DNA from: a virus
Lineage: Duplodnaviria; Caudoviricetes
Strand: one strand, 5' to 3'
IMG/VR virus record: IMGVR_UViG_3300030060_002588
Span: 1-53,233 of that record
Length of the DNA stretch: 53,233 bases
Under the pieces are notes generated by a model, which had not been told where the DNA came from, made no database searches, and saw only the letters and a program-made list of their open reading frames with translations. Position numbers and translations under genes: made by a program. Of the stretch, positions 35,113 through 48,000 are shown piece after piece (within the stretch, counting starts at the first letter, position 1; the number at the start of each line of letters is the position of its first letter).

Positions 35113-38100
35113 TTAATCTGTAATCTCATCTATATAATCATACATAAATAAGAATGAATTTTGACCTGTATTTCTTAATAGGTCTACTAGTCTTCGACTA
35201 GGTCTTCCTGTAGAAGGGTCTGTAAATCCTGGAACTATTGGTATTTTTGGATGTCCTTGAAATGCTGTTCTGGCTATATCAAAAGCCTTCTTTTCAGTAT
35301 ATTTAGAAAAAGGTAATATTTCAGGTCTACCATATTTTAATGGACCCATCATAGACATTAGTCTTTCAGCTTTTTGTGCAGCTATTTTTTCATTTTCAAG
35401 AGCTGTTGCAAAAATTATTCCTGCCATTCCGTCTATAGTTAAAGTCCAACCTGCTCCCATCCAAGGTATTCTATAAACCCATTTATTTATAGCTTTTTCC
35501 CATTCTTCTTCATCTTCTGGAGGTTCATAACCTCTACCCCACCAAGTTCTAAGGCCTAAAGCTAAAGGCAATGTATACCAAGATAAATAATCAGAATGCA
35601 TAGCACTTTTTAAACTACCAGTTTGTCTAAAATCTGAAGCAAGTCGCATTAATTTTCTTGATATTGAAAGAGGATTTGTAAAAGCAAAGTCCATAAATAA
35701 TTGCATAGGTAATGAAAATCTTACCATAGAAACTGCAGAAGCCATTTCTGGATTAGTTACTCTTTGTCCTTGGCCTACTTTTAATCCAGCTAAAACTATT
35801 TTTAAAAACGCTCTAAAATTAGCAGTGGTTTTTCCAGACTGTTCGTCTAATTTAAAATCTTTTGGAATTTTTCTTATACTTCTTTCAGTATCACGAATCA
35901 TGGATTTATCTGAAAACATTCTTTGAATAGACCAGTATTTAAATTTAGCCCAAGGTTTAGCAGGACCATATTGATATTCTGGTAAATCTGAAGTAGACAT
36001 TCCAAAGTTAGTTTCAAAAGAATATGCTATACCTATTTGTAAAGCTTTTGCTATATCTTCCCCTTCTGTAAATTCTGACCAATGAATATCATTTCTTAAT
36101 TCTCCATTTTTCCAAGCTTGGTCAACTCCTGTTATAAATGAAATACTTCTTAAGGCCTGCTCTGTATTACTCATTGTTAAATTAAGGCTTCTAACTATAC
36201 TACCAAGACCTCCTACACCAGCAGCGTATCCTCGATTTAAAAAAGCTTTAAAAGAACTTGCATTTACTAAAGGTTTAATTACATATTTTTTTTCTATAGC
36301 AAATTGTATTAACTTTCTAGCAGCTTGCAATTTCATATCAAGTCTAACATCTCTTAAACTAGATTGTATTACATCTAAATTTCTTACATATATATCTTCT
36401 TTTTTAAGCCATGATTTAGAGTTAGATAAAATTTGCACTATTTTTTCTTCATATCTTTTAGCTGCTTTATCCATGCTAGCAGGATTTTTTTTAGTATATT
36501 TATCTTGAGTAGTTGCAACAAATACAGCCATTTCAAATAATAATTGCTCACTAACTTGACTTTCTAACTGAGCTTCAGTTATACCATTTACCATTGCATC
36601 ACTAAAAAAATCTGAAAAATTTGTTACACCTGATAAGTTTATTAGTTTTTGTATTCCTTCTTGTTTTTGAAAATATAAGTTTATTGCATCAAAAGTTTTT
36701 TTAAGACCTGCTTTAAATACAGTATTTGCTAATCCTGAAACATTAGTTATAGCAGAACTAGCTTTATTTAATGATAAACCAGACCATTGAGTTTGCAGTA
36801 TTCTTGATTTTTTCATTTGAGTATGAGGGTCTACATTTGCTCTATATAAAGTACCACTAAAACGTTTTGGAAATAATCTTTCTAATTGTTGCATTATTAT
36901 ATATGCAGGGTTCCAGCTTCTTATAAAATTTGAAAATGTAGTATAGCTTTCATAATCACCAAACATACCGCTTTCTTTAACAGAAGAATAAGTAGTTCTA
37001 TGATTATTAATACCAGCTTTAATTAATGCCATTACTTCTTTTTTACTTTTTAAAAATCTTTTTGACTCAGGTTTTTGTTGGTCTTTTTTAATTAAAATAA
37101 GTCCATCTAATAATGTAGACGCTAAATGATTTCTTTCAATTGCTGTCATTTGAGCTGTTAAAACATCAAGAAATACAGAAATACCTCTTTGACTATTTCT
37201 TAAATCATACGCATTACTAATTCTTTTAAAATGTTTATTGTCTTTTGCTAAATGCATTAAAGTATTTGTTTGAGAATCTACGTGATAATTAGATAAATTG
37301 TTAAAAGTAGTTTGAGCACTTTCTAATTTAGAATTTAAAATTTTAATTTTATCCTTAATAATAGCAATTTCTTCAACTGTATATTTTTCAGTATTTTCTG
37401 CAGCTAATGACAATTTAGATATATCTCTTTCTAATTCATTCATAAGCTTAGAAACCATTTCTCTTAAAACATTAGAATCATATCTTGTAGGATAATAATT
37501 CTTTCTAAATTCAGGCTCATCAGGATAATACGAACCACCATTAGCTAAAACCATTCCATCTGAAACTGTATTTGCAAAGTTTTCTTGTATAATTTCTACT
37601 AATTCTTTTTGGTCATCTGTTAAATGTTCTAATAAATCAACATAAGGTATTGTTTTTATCTCACCATTTGCTTGTTCTACATCTTTATATAAAAGAGTGT
37701 AGTTATCTTTAACCATCTGGCTAGGGTAATCTAATTCTGTAGTATCAAAAAAGAATATTTTCTTTATAGCCATTTCATTAAAACTTTTTCTTGTACTAGG
37801 GTCCATAATATCTTTAGCAAATACTCCATCAAATAAACTAACAAATTTATCTAAAATACCTTGTGTTACATCAGACATTTCTCCTGTAGTATAGTTAAAA
37901 ACAGTATCTAGCAATGGCCTAGCACTTTTAGTTAAATTAACAAACTTTTCTTTTTGCTTATCATTTAATTTTAAATAAAAATTAGCTTTAGGTTCTTTTT
38001 TAACATAATCTTTAAATCTTACTGGCTTTTGAAAACTGTACATAATATCTCCAGGTACTCCCTCTGTCCTACTTTCATATCTCATAGGTCTTTGTCTTCC

Positions 38101-39006
38101 TGGATTATCAGGGTCTTCTTCTAGTCTCATACTATATTCAGTATTAATCATAAACTCATTTTTATCGTTTAAAAATACCCAACCTTTCATATAAGCACCA
38201 AAAAGCTCATACATTTTTATTTCATTATCTACAGGTATTTCACCCTTTTTAACTTTTGTAGTTTTTTTAATAACTATATCTTTTAATTCTTCTGTTATTT
38301 GTTCAAATGATTTATCAAATCCTTTTACTTTATATTTTTTTTCATTTCCTGTAAGAAGATTAGGATATTGCATAAACTTTGACACTCTGTTAGCTATTCT
38401 TGATGCATGTTCTCTAGTACCTTTAGTCATTGCAAACCAAGCTCCAGTAGGGTCAGAAAAAGCAAGATTTTTAGGAGTTGTTAATGTGCCTTGAAAACTA
38501 CCAATTTTAACCCTAGTACGACCAGAAGATGTTTTTTGATTTATAATATCAGATGCTTTATTTATAAACTGAGTTAATGATGCTTCTGGATATTTTGCTA
38601 ATTCTTCAAAAGTTATAGCATTTATAGTTTCTGTTTCTTTTCCAAGTTTTGTTTTTCCTAAATATACATCTTGTGGTTTTCTAGTTAAAATATATTCATG
38701 CATCATAGGTACTATTTGTGGTTCTTGTCTAAGAATTGACATAAAGATTTGAGCAAGTCGTTCTCTTTCTTGTTTTGTACCATATGCTTTTATCCATGAT
38801 ACTTTTAAATCTTTTTCTGGAATTAATGTATGTACATCATAACCTTGTTTTAATAGTTCTTCAGACCATTCATCACTTCTTTGTTGCCATCCTGGAAAAT
38901 ATTTAGTTAAAATATTGTTATAAACCTGACCTGATATAATATCATTATTAATAATAGCACTAACGTTTTCTTTAGTTTGATTGCACTTGTTACTAGCCAT
39001 TAACAA
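35113..39006 (-). CDS. Large putative internal virion/ejection protein (about 1295 aa)
   Basis: Helical with hydrophobic C-terminal segments; likely start at 39000 by TAATG coupling to the giant gene. Confidence 0.6.
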   Translation of the reverse strand: MLMASNKCNQTKENVSAIINNDIISGQVYNNILTKYFPGWQQRSDEWSEELLKQGYDVHTLIPEKDLKVSWIKAYGTKQERERLAQIFMSILRQEPQIVPMMHEYILTRKPQDVYLGKTKLGKETETINAITFEELAKYPEASLTQFINKASDIINQKTSSGRTRVKIGSFQGTLTTPKNLAFSDPTGAWFAMTKGTREHASRIANRVSKFMQYPNLLTGNEKKYKVKGFDKSFEQITEELKDIVIKKTTKVKKGEIPVDNEIKMYELFGAYMKGWVFLNDKNEFMINTEYSMRLEEDPDNPGRQRPMRYESRTEGVPGDIMYSFQKPVRFKDYVKKEPKANFYLKLNDKQKEKFVNLTKSARPLLDTVFNYTTGEMSDVTQGILDKFVSLFDGVFAKDIMDPSTRKSFNEMAIKKIFFFDTTELDYPSQMVKDNYTLLYKDVEQANGEIKTIPYVDLLEHLTDDQKELVEIIQENFANTVSDGMVLANGGSYYPDEPEFRKNYYPTRYDSNVLREMVSKLMNELERDISKLSLAAENTEKYTVEEIAIIKDKIKILNSKLESAQTTFNNLSNYHVDSQTNTLMHLAKDNKHFKRISNAYDLRNSQRGISVFLDVLTAQMTAIERNHLASTLLDGLILIKKDQQKPESKRFLKSKKEVMALIKAGINNHRTTYSSVKESGMFGDYESYTTFSNFIRSWNPAYIIMQQLERLFPKRFSGTLYRANVDPHTQMKKSRILQTQWSGLSLNKASSAITNVSGLANTVFKAGLKKTFDAINLYFQKQEGIQKLINLSGVTNFSDFFSDAMVNGITEAQLESQVSEQLLFEMAVFVATTQDKYTKKNPASMDKAAKRYEEKIVQILSNSKSWLKKEDIYVRNLDVIQSSLRDVRLDMKLQAARKLIQFAIEKKYVIKPLVNASSFKAFLNRGYAAGVGGLGSIVRSLNLTMSNTEQALRSISFITGVDQAWKNGELRNDIHWSEFTEGEDIAKALQIGIAYSFETNFGMSTSDLPEYQYGPAKPWAKFKYWSIQRMFSDKSMIRDTERSIRKIPKDFKLDEQSGKTTANFRAFLKIVLAGLKVGQGQRVTNPEMASAVSMVRFSLPMQLFMDFAFTNPLSISRKLMRLASDFRQTGSLKSAMHSDYLSWYTLPLALGLRTWWGRGYEPPEDEEEWEKAINKWVYRIPWMGAGWTLTIDGMAGIIFATALENEKIAAQKAERLMSMMGPLKYGRPEILPFSKYTEKKAFDIARTAFQGHPKIPIVPGFTDPSTGRPSRRLVDLLRNTGQNSFLFMYDYIDEITD

Positions 39007-42000
39007 TCCTCCTTAATAATACGTTCTAATATTCTATATTTTTCTTGTTTAAGTTTTTTATCATTATTGTTTAAATCTCTTACTTGCTCATTATATAGCT
39101 TAAAGTAATTTTTAACAATTTCAGGGTCTAGCATACTAGCTTGGTCTTTTCTATCACTTACTGGAGGCATACTAAAACCCCATCTTTCTTTGCTTATTTG
39201 TCCTTCTAGAAAATAATAAGTTGCAGTTACTTGAGCTGTATTAGATAGTCCATCAAACATAGCATCGTATTGCTCCTTCCATTCTATCATTTTATCATTT
39301 CTATCTACAGATTGTGGTCCCTTAGCATTATATTCGTCACGTCTTTTTTTCCATTCATTAGACATTTTAATAGCATAATTTAAACCTTTTTGTCTTTCTT
39401 CTTGCTTTCTTTCAACAGATAGTAAATTGTCTTTGTCATATGCTTTGTTTAAATAAAACTCTTTTAGTCTATCTAATTCATTCATACTAGATACATGAGA
39501 GTTCATATGAACCATGTCGTTTACTATAAATGGTGATGCATCATATCCCATTAAATTATATTTTGCTACAGATGTCATTTCTTCTAAAATTTCACTTGGT
39601 GCAATTGCTATCATTTCTATAGGTGCTAGTTCAATACTTCCAATATTTCTAGTTTTTAATTTACTTATTATTTTAAGATTATCTGATAAGTATTTTTGTC
39701 TATTCATAATGTAAGATTTATATATACCACTCTTTTTTAATACATCTCTAAATGCAAATTGAGAACCAAATTCATAACCATTTCTAATTCTGTTAGCCTG
39801 TATATGCAATCTTACTAATGGCTGAATAACTTCATCATAGTCTTTACCTGTTTGAGATATATCAGAACCATCTTCATATGTAAATATTCTTGTCCATATA
39901 AAACTATCATTCTCATATCCCCATTGACCAAGTAATCCATATTTAGAATTATCTACAGATGCTTGCAACATTAATCTTAAAAATTCATCTACTGTTCCTG
40001 TCCATCCTTGTTTATTTTTATATGGTACATTTAAATATACTTTATCTTGTCTACCTTTTAATATTATATTTCTTCCCATTATTTCTTTAGATTCAAAGCT
40101 TTCATAAAATTTATTTATTATTCCATATACTGAGCTAGCATTAGCTATTTCACCTATAGCCATCTCTCCAGATATTAATCTATTAATTAAGCCAGCTCTT
40201 CCTTTTCTACTTAATAAAAAGTATTTTAATTTTTCGTTAACAAAATCATCTAGGTTTAAATCTCTTATTTCTAAATTATTAAAATGATTTACATAATCTA
40301 ATGTCATTTGGTCTGTAGGTAAAAATTCTATCTCTACGTGGTCACCATCAGCATCACCTTCTATTCTGTTTTTAATATCTTCTATGTTCATCATTACAAC
40401 AGCTTCTCTTTCATGCAAGAATTTTACTCTACCCATATATGTACCACCTTCATTAGCTACAGGAGACCTAGTTACCATGCCATAAACTTCATTATTTAAA
40501 AGCCATTGATTAATTTCATCGTTAGTTATTTCACTATTTGGAGCTGTTATGTTATTTGCTTCTTTATATTTGTTAAAGATATAACTAGCTTTATGTCTTG
40601 ATATACTAATTTCTTTTGGTTTTAATGTATTTGTTGCATCCATAGAGACATTGTATACACTTCCGTTTTTACCGCTTAAAGTTAAAGCAGGTTCTATTAA
40701 ATGTCCTTGTACAAGTTGGTCTATAAGCTTACCAGTTTGCTGATGAAACCCTGCACCTAATCTAGCTAATTCTAATATATGTGGTATAAAACCTATCTCA
40801 TCTACACCATGTATATCCTCTAATTTTTTAGCAATTTTTTCTGCTGCAGTTTTACCACCTTTAGTATCAGATGCAAGTCTAATAACTTCTCTAATTTTTT
40901 TCTCTACAATAGGTAAGTAATTATCTTTAAAATTGTTTATTATAACAGGATTGTCTACAAAATTGTATACTTGTTGAATATGTTTTGCATGAGGAGTGCT
41001 ACCTTCTTCAAATTTTATAAACCCAACAGAAACTCCAGGTATTACAAGTTTACCATTATTTAATAACTTACCATCTTTATCAAATAGCATTCCGTTATTT
41101 TCAGAACCAATTTTAATTTCATCACTTGTTGCTAAAAAGTCTAAATAATTTCTTTTTCCTGCTTTATAATCAGGATGTGCTTCTCCTAATACTAAATTAC
41201 CAGAATCATTAACTCTAAATAATACTTCTCTTTTTTTGTTTAATATTTTTAATCCAGGCTCAACTCTTTGATGTTGATGTTTTAATGCATAAGTATTTAT
41301 ACCATCCATCATATATTGTACAGTTTTTGCTACATTAGTACCTTTTCTTAAGCCATGCCCTTTATTTAATTTTACATTAAATGTATCTTTAGATGTCATT
41401 GTTTCTCCGTCACCTATATATTGCTTAGACTTGCCAGATACTTTTTGCATTGGAGAAAATGGCTCTCTATCTTTATATTGAAATAATACTTGTGAAGGAT
41501 TAAAATAATATGCTATTAAATTATCCATATTTTCATTTACTGTTACAGGTGTAAATGGTATTTTTAATCGCTTGTATACATTTGGTCCACCTTTTTTATC
41601 CATTAAATATTTAGGCCAAACTTCTTTCATTCCTTCATGTACTGCTATTTCTGCAGCTCTATTTGTTGCATTGTTTTTATAATCACTAGTTGCAAAAAGT
41701 TTCATAAGTTCTCTGGCTTGAGATGAAGTCATACGTTCTTCAGAAACTTCTTTACTTAAATAATCTGTAACACTTTTATTTGTTTTAGCTATGTTTTTAT
41801 GTTCTTGTTTTATATCTACAATAGCAAGCTTAGGAGAGTTTCCTCTAGAAAATGCAATAACTTTACCATGATTTTTAATTAAATAATTATCTAATGACTC
41901 TAACTCTTGTTGATTTAAAAAGTTATACAGTACGTTATTATTTATCATCATACCATTAGCAAAGATAGTTCTCTTTCTCATGTTCTTTTTAGAAAACCAA

Positions 42001-45000
42001 TTAAATAGTCCTTTAACAGTTGGTAAAAAATCTGCAAGTGTTTTCTTTTGAAAACCTGGATTGCTTCTAGATTTATCATTGTTAGCTAAAAACTTTCTTT
42101 CAGGTCCCATTAGCTCAATAGAGAAAGAACCGTCTGTATTAATTTGTACTTCATAATTTTTAATACCTGACATTTCTTTGTTGTTAGTTCTTTCCATGCT
42201 TCTTATTCTATTATAAAACTTAATCATACCTTCTTTTTTCCATTGAGGTAATGCTCCACGATATTTTATAATTTTTAAAGCTTTTGGCAACCACTTATCA
42301 AATGTATTAAATGCATCTCTTTTAGATAAAACAATCATTCTATTTAAATCTTGTTGTAATAATGTTACTCCAAAGTCTTTTATAAAAGTTAGATTATGAG
42401 AAGGTAATACTTTTTCATTTGTATTTACTAATCCCATTCTTCTAGATATGTCAAACATTGTTTCTTCGTTTTCTTCTAATTGCTCAAACATTTCATCGTA
42501 AATACTATTTTGACCTATTGGTGTTGAATTGTCACCAACTGGTTTCTTAATATTAAACTTACCTCTATACCATGTATAAAAAGTTTCTTTTACTTCAGCT
42601 CTTAATGAAGAGTCCATAATATTAAAGAAATCTTCTTTTCTAGTTTGTTTTTTAAGTGGTTTAGATATATCCCACATTCTATTAAAAAAGTCTTTTAACC
42701 AAGCTTTATCTCTAGACAATTCATCAGACATAGTAAGCTCTTGTTCTTTTTCTACATAAGCCATTAACTGAAATCTATCTGTTGGTCTAAAATCAAATTG
42801 CTCTTTTAATATAGCAGCATCAACTTTTTCTAAAGTAAATCTTCTATTTGAATTAGCAAGTAGTCTTGCAACTTCTTTAAAGCTAGTGTCTGGGTTTAAT
42901 GACCTTGCATATATATTAGTAGTCCAAGAGTTTCCAAATAGTTTAGATTTAAGCCAATCAAAAAATCTTTGTATTGCACGCATAAATACATTGTCTCTTT
43001 TTTTATGTATGTTTTCAGCAACATCTGAAATAGAATGTGCAATCAATTCATCTGATATTTCTTTATCTTTGGAATCAAATTTGTTTAAAAGCTTTACAAT
43101 GTCTTTAGGAAAAAGGTTATATCCGTCAGCTTCATGCACTAACTTATTATACTCATCAATAAAACCAGGTCTTTTCTCATCATTTTGATATGTTTCTACA
43201 ATATTATTTAATTTTTCTTGACCTAATACACTTTCTGATAATTCTTCTAATATATTATTATATAATGCTGGATTCATTTCTCTTATCTCTGTAATAAAAG
43301 GATGCATAAACTCATGGAAACCTGCGTCTGGTGTAGCTAATGCTGTATTAATAGTAACTTTTTTATCTACTTTATCATAATAAGCAGCTATATTGCCTTT
43401 ATAATTAGTTATATCATCAGATATATTGTCTGTAAATTCTAGTTCAATAGCACCTTCAAATTTATCAAACAACATTTTAGCTATCTTTTTAGTTCTTTCT
43501 TGTATTCTTTCTGGCTGTACTTCTGCTTGTCCAGATGCTATTAACATTTGCTTTTTAGATATTTTTTGAAATGCAATATCTTCTAATTCTTTTGTTTCAA
43601 CCTTAGTAACAATAGGTGTGTCTTGTATAAAAAGCCTATCTTGTGTTCTTGTTATTGCTGTATAAAACCATCTAGCTTGCAATTCTTTATCTGCAATTCC
43701 TGTGTCTCTATTTCTCATATATGCTAAATCATCTGCAACAACAAATACATTAGGATATTCCATCCCTTGTACTTTATGCCCTGTAACAGCATATCCATAT
43801 GTAAATGTAGAAATCTGCTGTCTTAGCTTAGGTCTTTTTGATGTAGGGTCTAAGTATTGCCTAAAACCTGCATCGCCTCCTACGACTATAGATTGTGGTA
43901 TTGCTGCTCTGCCTATAGTAGTAGGGAACAGTAAGCCTAATCGACCTTCATTATCTTCAAAAATATGTGCATCTACAGTTGTTGTAATAGGTGTTTTTGT
44001 TTGTGCGTCATAGGATGTTTGCAATCTAACTTTATGTGAAGATATTAGCTTAGGTTCTTTTAATATAAATTGGTCTCCATTGCTATAATCATCATTATTA
44101 GACAATGCAATAAGTCTTTCATTTTTATTAAGTGGGTTAATAGATTTACGTTCATATCTAGCATCTCTTGCAAGCCTGTTCCAACTTTCTCTAGTTTTAT
44201 TTGTATAAGTTACAGCAACTGTATTGTCTTCACCTGATAAAGCGTCAAGCCTTACCATTGTTTCAAACTCTCTTCTAAAATCAACAGGCTTAGATATTTT
44301 AACATTGTCTACATCTTCAACAGGCATTAATGCACCACTATAGCCTTTTTTATTTAAAACAGATTTCATGTTATCATTTCTAATTGCAGTAGCTAGTGTT
44401 AATACACCTCCAGCTTTTTGCCTTTGAACATCTGTCATTTGATAGTCAGTATTCTCCATTATCCTAGGGTCATCACCAACAGGTTTTAATTGAAATCCAT
44501 CACCTATATATATAACTCTAGAACCGTATGTATCTATAATTTTATTTAAATCATCTCTTAGTTTTATATCTATCATAGATGCTTCATCTACAACAATCAA
44601 TGTCTTTTTATCTGGAGTAAAGCCTGTATCTGCAAATTGTTTTGCAGTTTTTAATTCAAATCTTCCTGTTATTTTATTAGGAGGTCCGTATAAAAATTTA
44701 TGCAAAGTACTAAATTCTGCTATGTTTTTAATAGGTTGATTCTTATCTTCAATTCTTCTTACAGCTGTATTAGTAAAAGAACTTAAAACTATTTTATTAT
44801 AACCTTTATCGTTTGCTTGTCTTGCTATATTTTCTACAATAGTTGTTTTACCTGTACCAGCATAACCTGAAAAAACAAAGATATTATCATCTGTAGTATT
44901 AGGGTCGTCTGGGTTTTCTATTAAAACTTCTTTATCTATTTTAGTTAATGCTTCTGATTGTTGCTTTGTAGGTACTAATTTATCACTTCTGTTTTTTATT

Positions 45001-48000
45001 ATATTGCTAGTTTTTACCCTTGTCTTGTCTACTACTTCTTCATCTTTAAGCTCATCTTTTTTAACTCCTAATTTGTCAAGCCTTTCTTCAACTGTGTCGT
45101 CTGCTTTAATTCCAGCTTCTTCACTTCTTTTACTAAAGTCTTCTAATTTTATTTCCGACCTTTTTTGTAATATTTCATCTTCAGCTTTTCTAATATCGCT
45201 TAATTCATTTTGTATTTCAGGAGTCCCTTCTTCTCTATCTTTTTTTATAAGACTAATTTTATATTCTTCTAAGTCCGCAAGTATTTCATCTGCTTGCTCT
45301 ACAGTTAAAATTTCTTCTGATTCAGTTATTGCAATATCTTTATCATAAGTTTCTTCATCTATTTTAACCTCAGCTCTTTTGTCATCAGGTTTTTCTGGTT
45401 TATCTTCAGGTATATATTGTTTAACAGTTATTGGTTTTTCTGGAGCTTTTTCCCACACATAACCTTCTTCAAATAATTCAGGTTTGCCTTCAGGATGTAA
45501 TATGTTTTCAACATAATTTAATTGTTGTCCTTCAGGTGTTGATGATAAAACATGTTTAGCTGGTTCGTATTTAACTTTAATATATCCATCTACTTCTTCT
45601 GTCTTTGAAGGTTCAGGAACTGTAGTAGGTTTAATAATTGTTTCTTCAGTTTCTTGAGCATCAAACTCTGCTTGTACTTCATCTGTAAATTCATCTGAAT
45701 CTGTTATTTCTGGAGTAGATGCATCAAAAGCTTCTATATCACGTTCTAGTTCAGGGATATTTATTTCAGTATCATCTGTATTAACTTCTGAATTATATGG
45801 TCTGCTTAAACTTTCTTCTATAATAGCAAGATAATCTTCAACACCTTCTTGTCCAAAAAAAGACTCTTGAAAGTTTTGTTTAAATACATCTATTGGTACC
45901 TGTATTTCTTCATCTTGCAATAACTCTGGATACTCTTTAATATTTTCTACAATAACTTCAGGGTTAATAACTAAACCATCTTCTTCCATTTTTTCTAATG
46001 TACTAGAGTCTTGCGTATTTAAATTATCTACAGATACAGTATGATTTGTATCTTCATTTTTATAACCTTCCATAAAACCTTTTACTAGTATTTTAGCATC
46101 TTTATATGAAAAGACTTTTTTATTTTCTTCTACCCAGTTATATCCATCTTCATAAGGTGTTGTTGAATTTTGCTTGTCAAGTTCTTCTAAATTACCAATA
46201 GATGAGATAACATCTTCATTTGATTTATCTATTTCTTCAATACCATATTTATCTACAATTTTATTTATAGAATCAATATTTTTATCTATCTTTGTTTTTT
46301 CTCTATTAGCTTCATACTTTTGTTTTTTATTGTCAGTTATAACTTTTATAACTTCATCATTTTTATTAACAACTACAACTCTCCAAACAGGAAAGCCAGC
46401 TTCGTTGTCATATTGTTCAAGCTTAGTTTCTGCTCCTACTAGCCATTTATTAGCCCATGCTACCCTTTTTTCGCCTTCTTCTTTGTTGTAGACATTAAAG
46501 TCCATTGCAGCTTCATTAGCTGATTGAAAGTCAGGATATTCTGTTTGTATATCTTCAAGGGTTCTAGGGTCTTTGCTGTTTAATTCTACTTCATTTATTA
46601 CTTCATTGTTATTTTCATCTAAGCTAATTACTTTGTTGTATAGTTTGTATGCACCATCTTCTGTTTCTTTTACTACTACTCCACCGTTATCTAAATTGTT
46701 TAGTTGATTAACAACAGATAAATTACCTAACCTATTAGCAATACTAGAATTGTCTTGATTCATTCCAGCGATTTGGAACATTTTAGAACCAAGAGCACCT
46801 CCTGCTAAAGGCTCAAAGACTGTACCTCTCCAACTAAATCTACTAGAAAAATCTCCTCTAGGGTCCCATTTATATTCTCTTTGAAATGCAGGACCATAAA
46901 CATCTATTAAGTTTTGATTAACTGATGTAAGAACTTCTTCAAAACCTTCTGACATCATTTCGCTATTATTTTGCACAACAAATGTATTAAAAGTTCTAGC
47001 AGGTAATGTTGATAAAAAAGAATCGTTAGGGTTTATATCTATACCTTTACCTATATTCCTTATTTTATTAATTACTGGAATGTCTTTAATTTTATTTGCA
47101 AACTTATTACTAAATCTGTTGTAAAATTTTTCTCTTATAATATTAGGCGTTATTGCTTCTCTAAATCCTTTTGGAAATAAACTTATTTGCTCAATAAGAC
47201 TTGCAGAAAGTCCATGTGCTACAGCTGAATATTCAGCAGCTATTACAGCATCATAAGGATTTAAAGGTCTTGTAAATATTCTACCATCATCAGTTCGTAT
47301 AACATTTAATCGTAAATAATCTTTAACCATTTCCTCTGCAATTTGAAAATCTGGTTTAAAGTTTTCAGAGCCTCTTTCTTCTTTAATCTTTTTTATTTCT
47401 TTTGTATACTCAGCATTTTTAATTCTTATTAATTCAGATAATTCTTCAGGTTTAAGTTCCATTGGTTGTACTAAATTAGACACTGCATTAGCTAAATAAC
47501 TTGCATGCTCTAAATTATATCCAGCAACACCACTAAATAGAGCTTGTCCTAATAGTGCACCTTTTCTAGACGTTTCTGTTATAACAGCAGCATCTAAAGG
47601 GTCTGGCCCAAAACTTAAAGCTGAATATGCAGTTCCTAGCAATGCTCCTAAACTACCACCAGCTATTTTCCCTAAATATTGTTTACTTAAAATTTGACCA
47701 ACACTAATTGATGTTTGTTGTGCAAAGTTATTAATATAAGTCATTAGCTCACCACTATCGTAAAGCTCTTTCATAGTTTTGCCATTTATACTTTCTAACT
47801 TTGCTTGTATAAGTGGATTATCTTTATAAAACTGTTCTCCATACTCAATACCTTTTTTGATGTATTCAGATGCAATATAAGAATCTGCTTCATAACCTGA
47901 TTTTAAAAATTCTTTCCACATAACATCTGCTTCTTCTTCATTAAAGACACTATCAGTAAAGAAACCACTATCAAGAACTACATTTTTAAAACTTTCTTCT

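Noticed and set aside
43630-44970. Intein or self-splicing intron explaining the helicase inside the giant gene
   Set aside because: No intein splice-junction or homing-endonuclease motifs were seen, and the frame is continuous.
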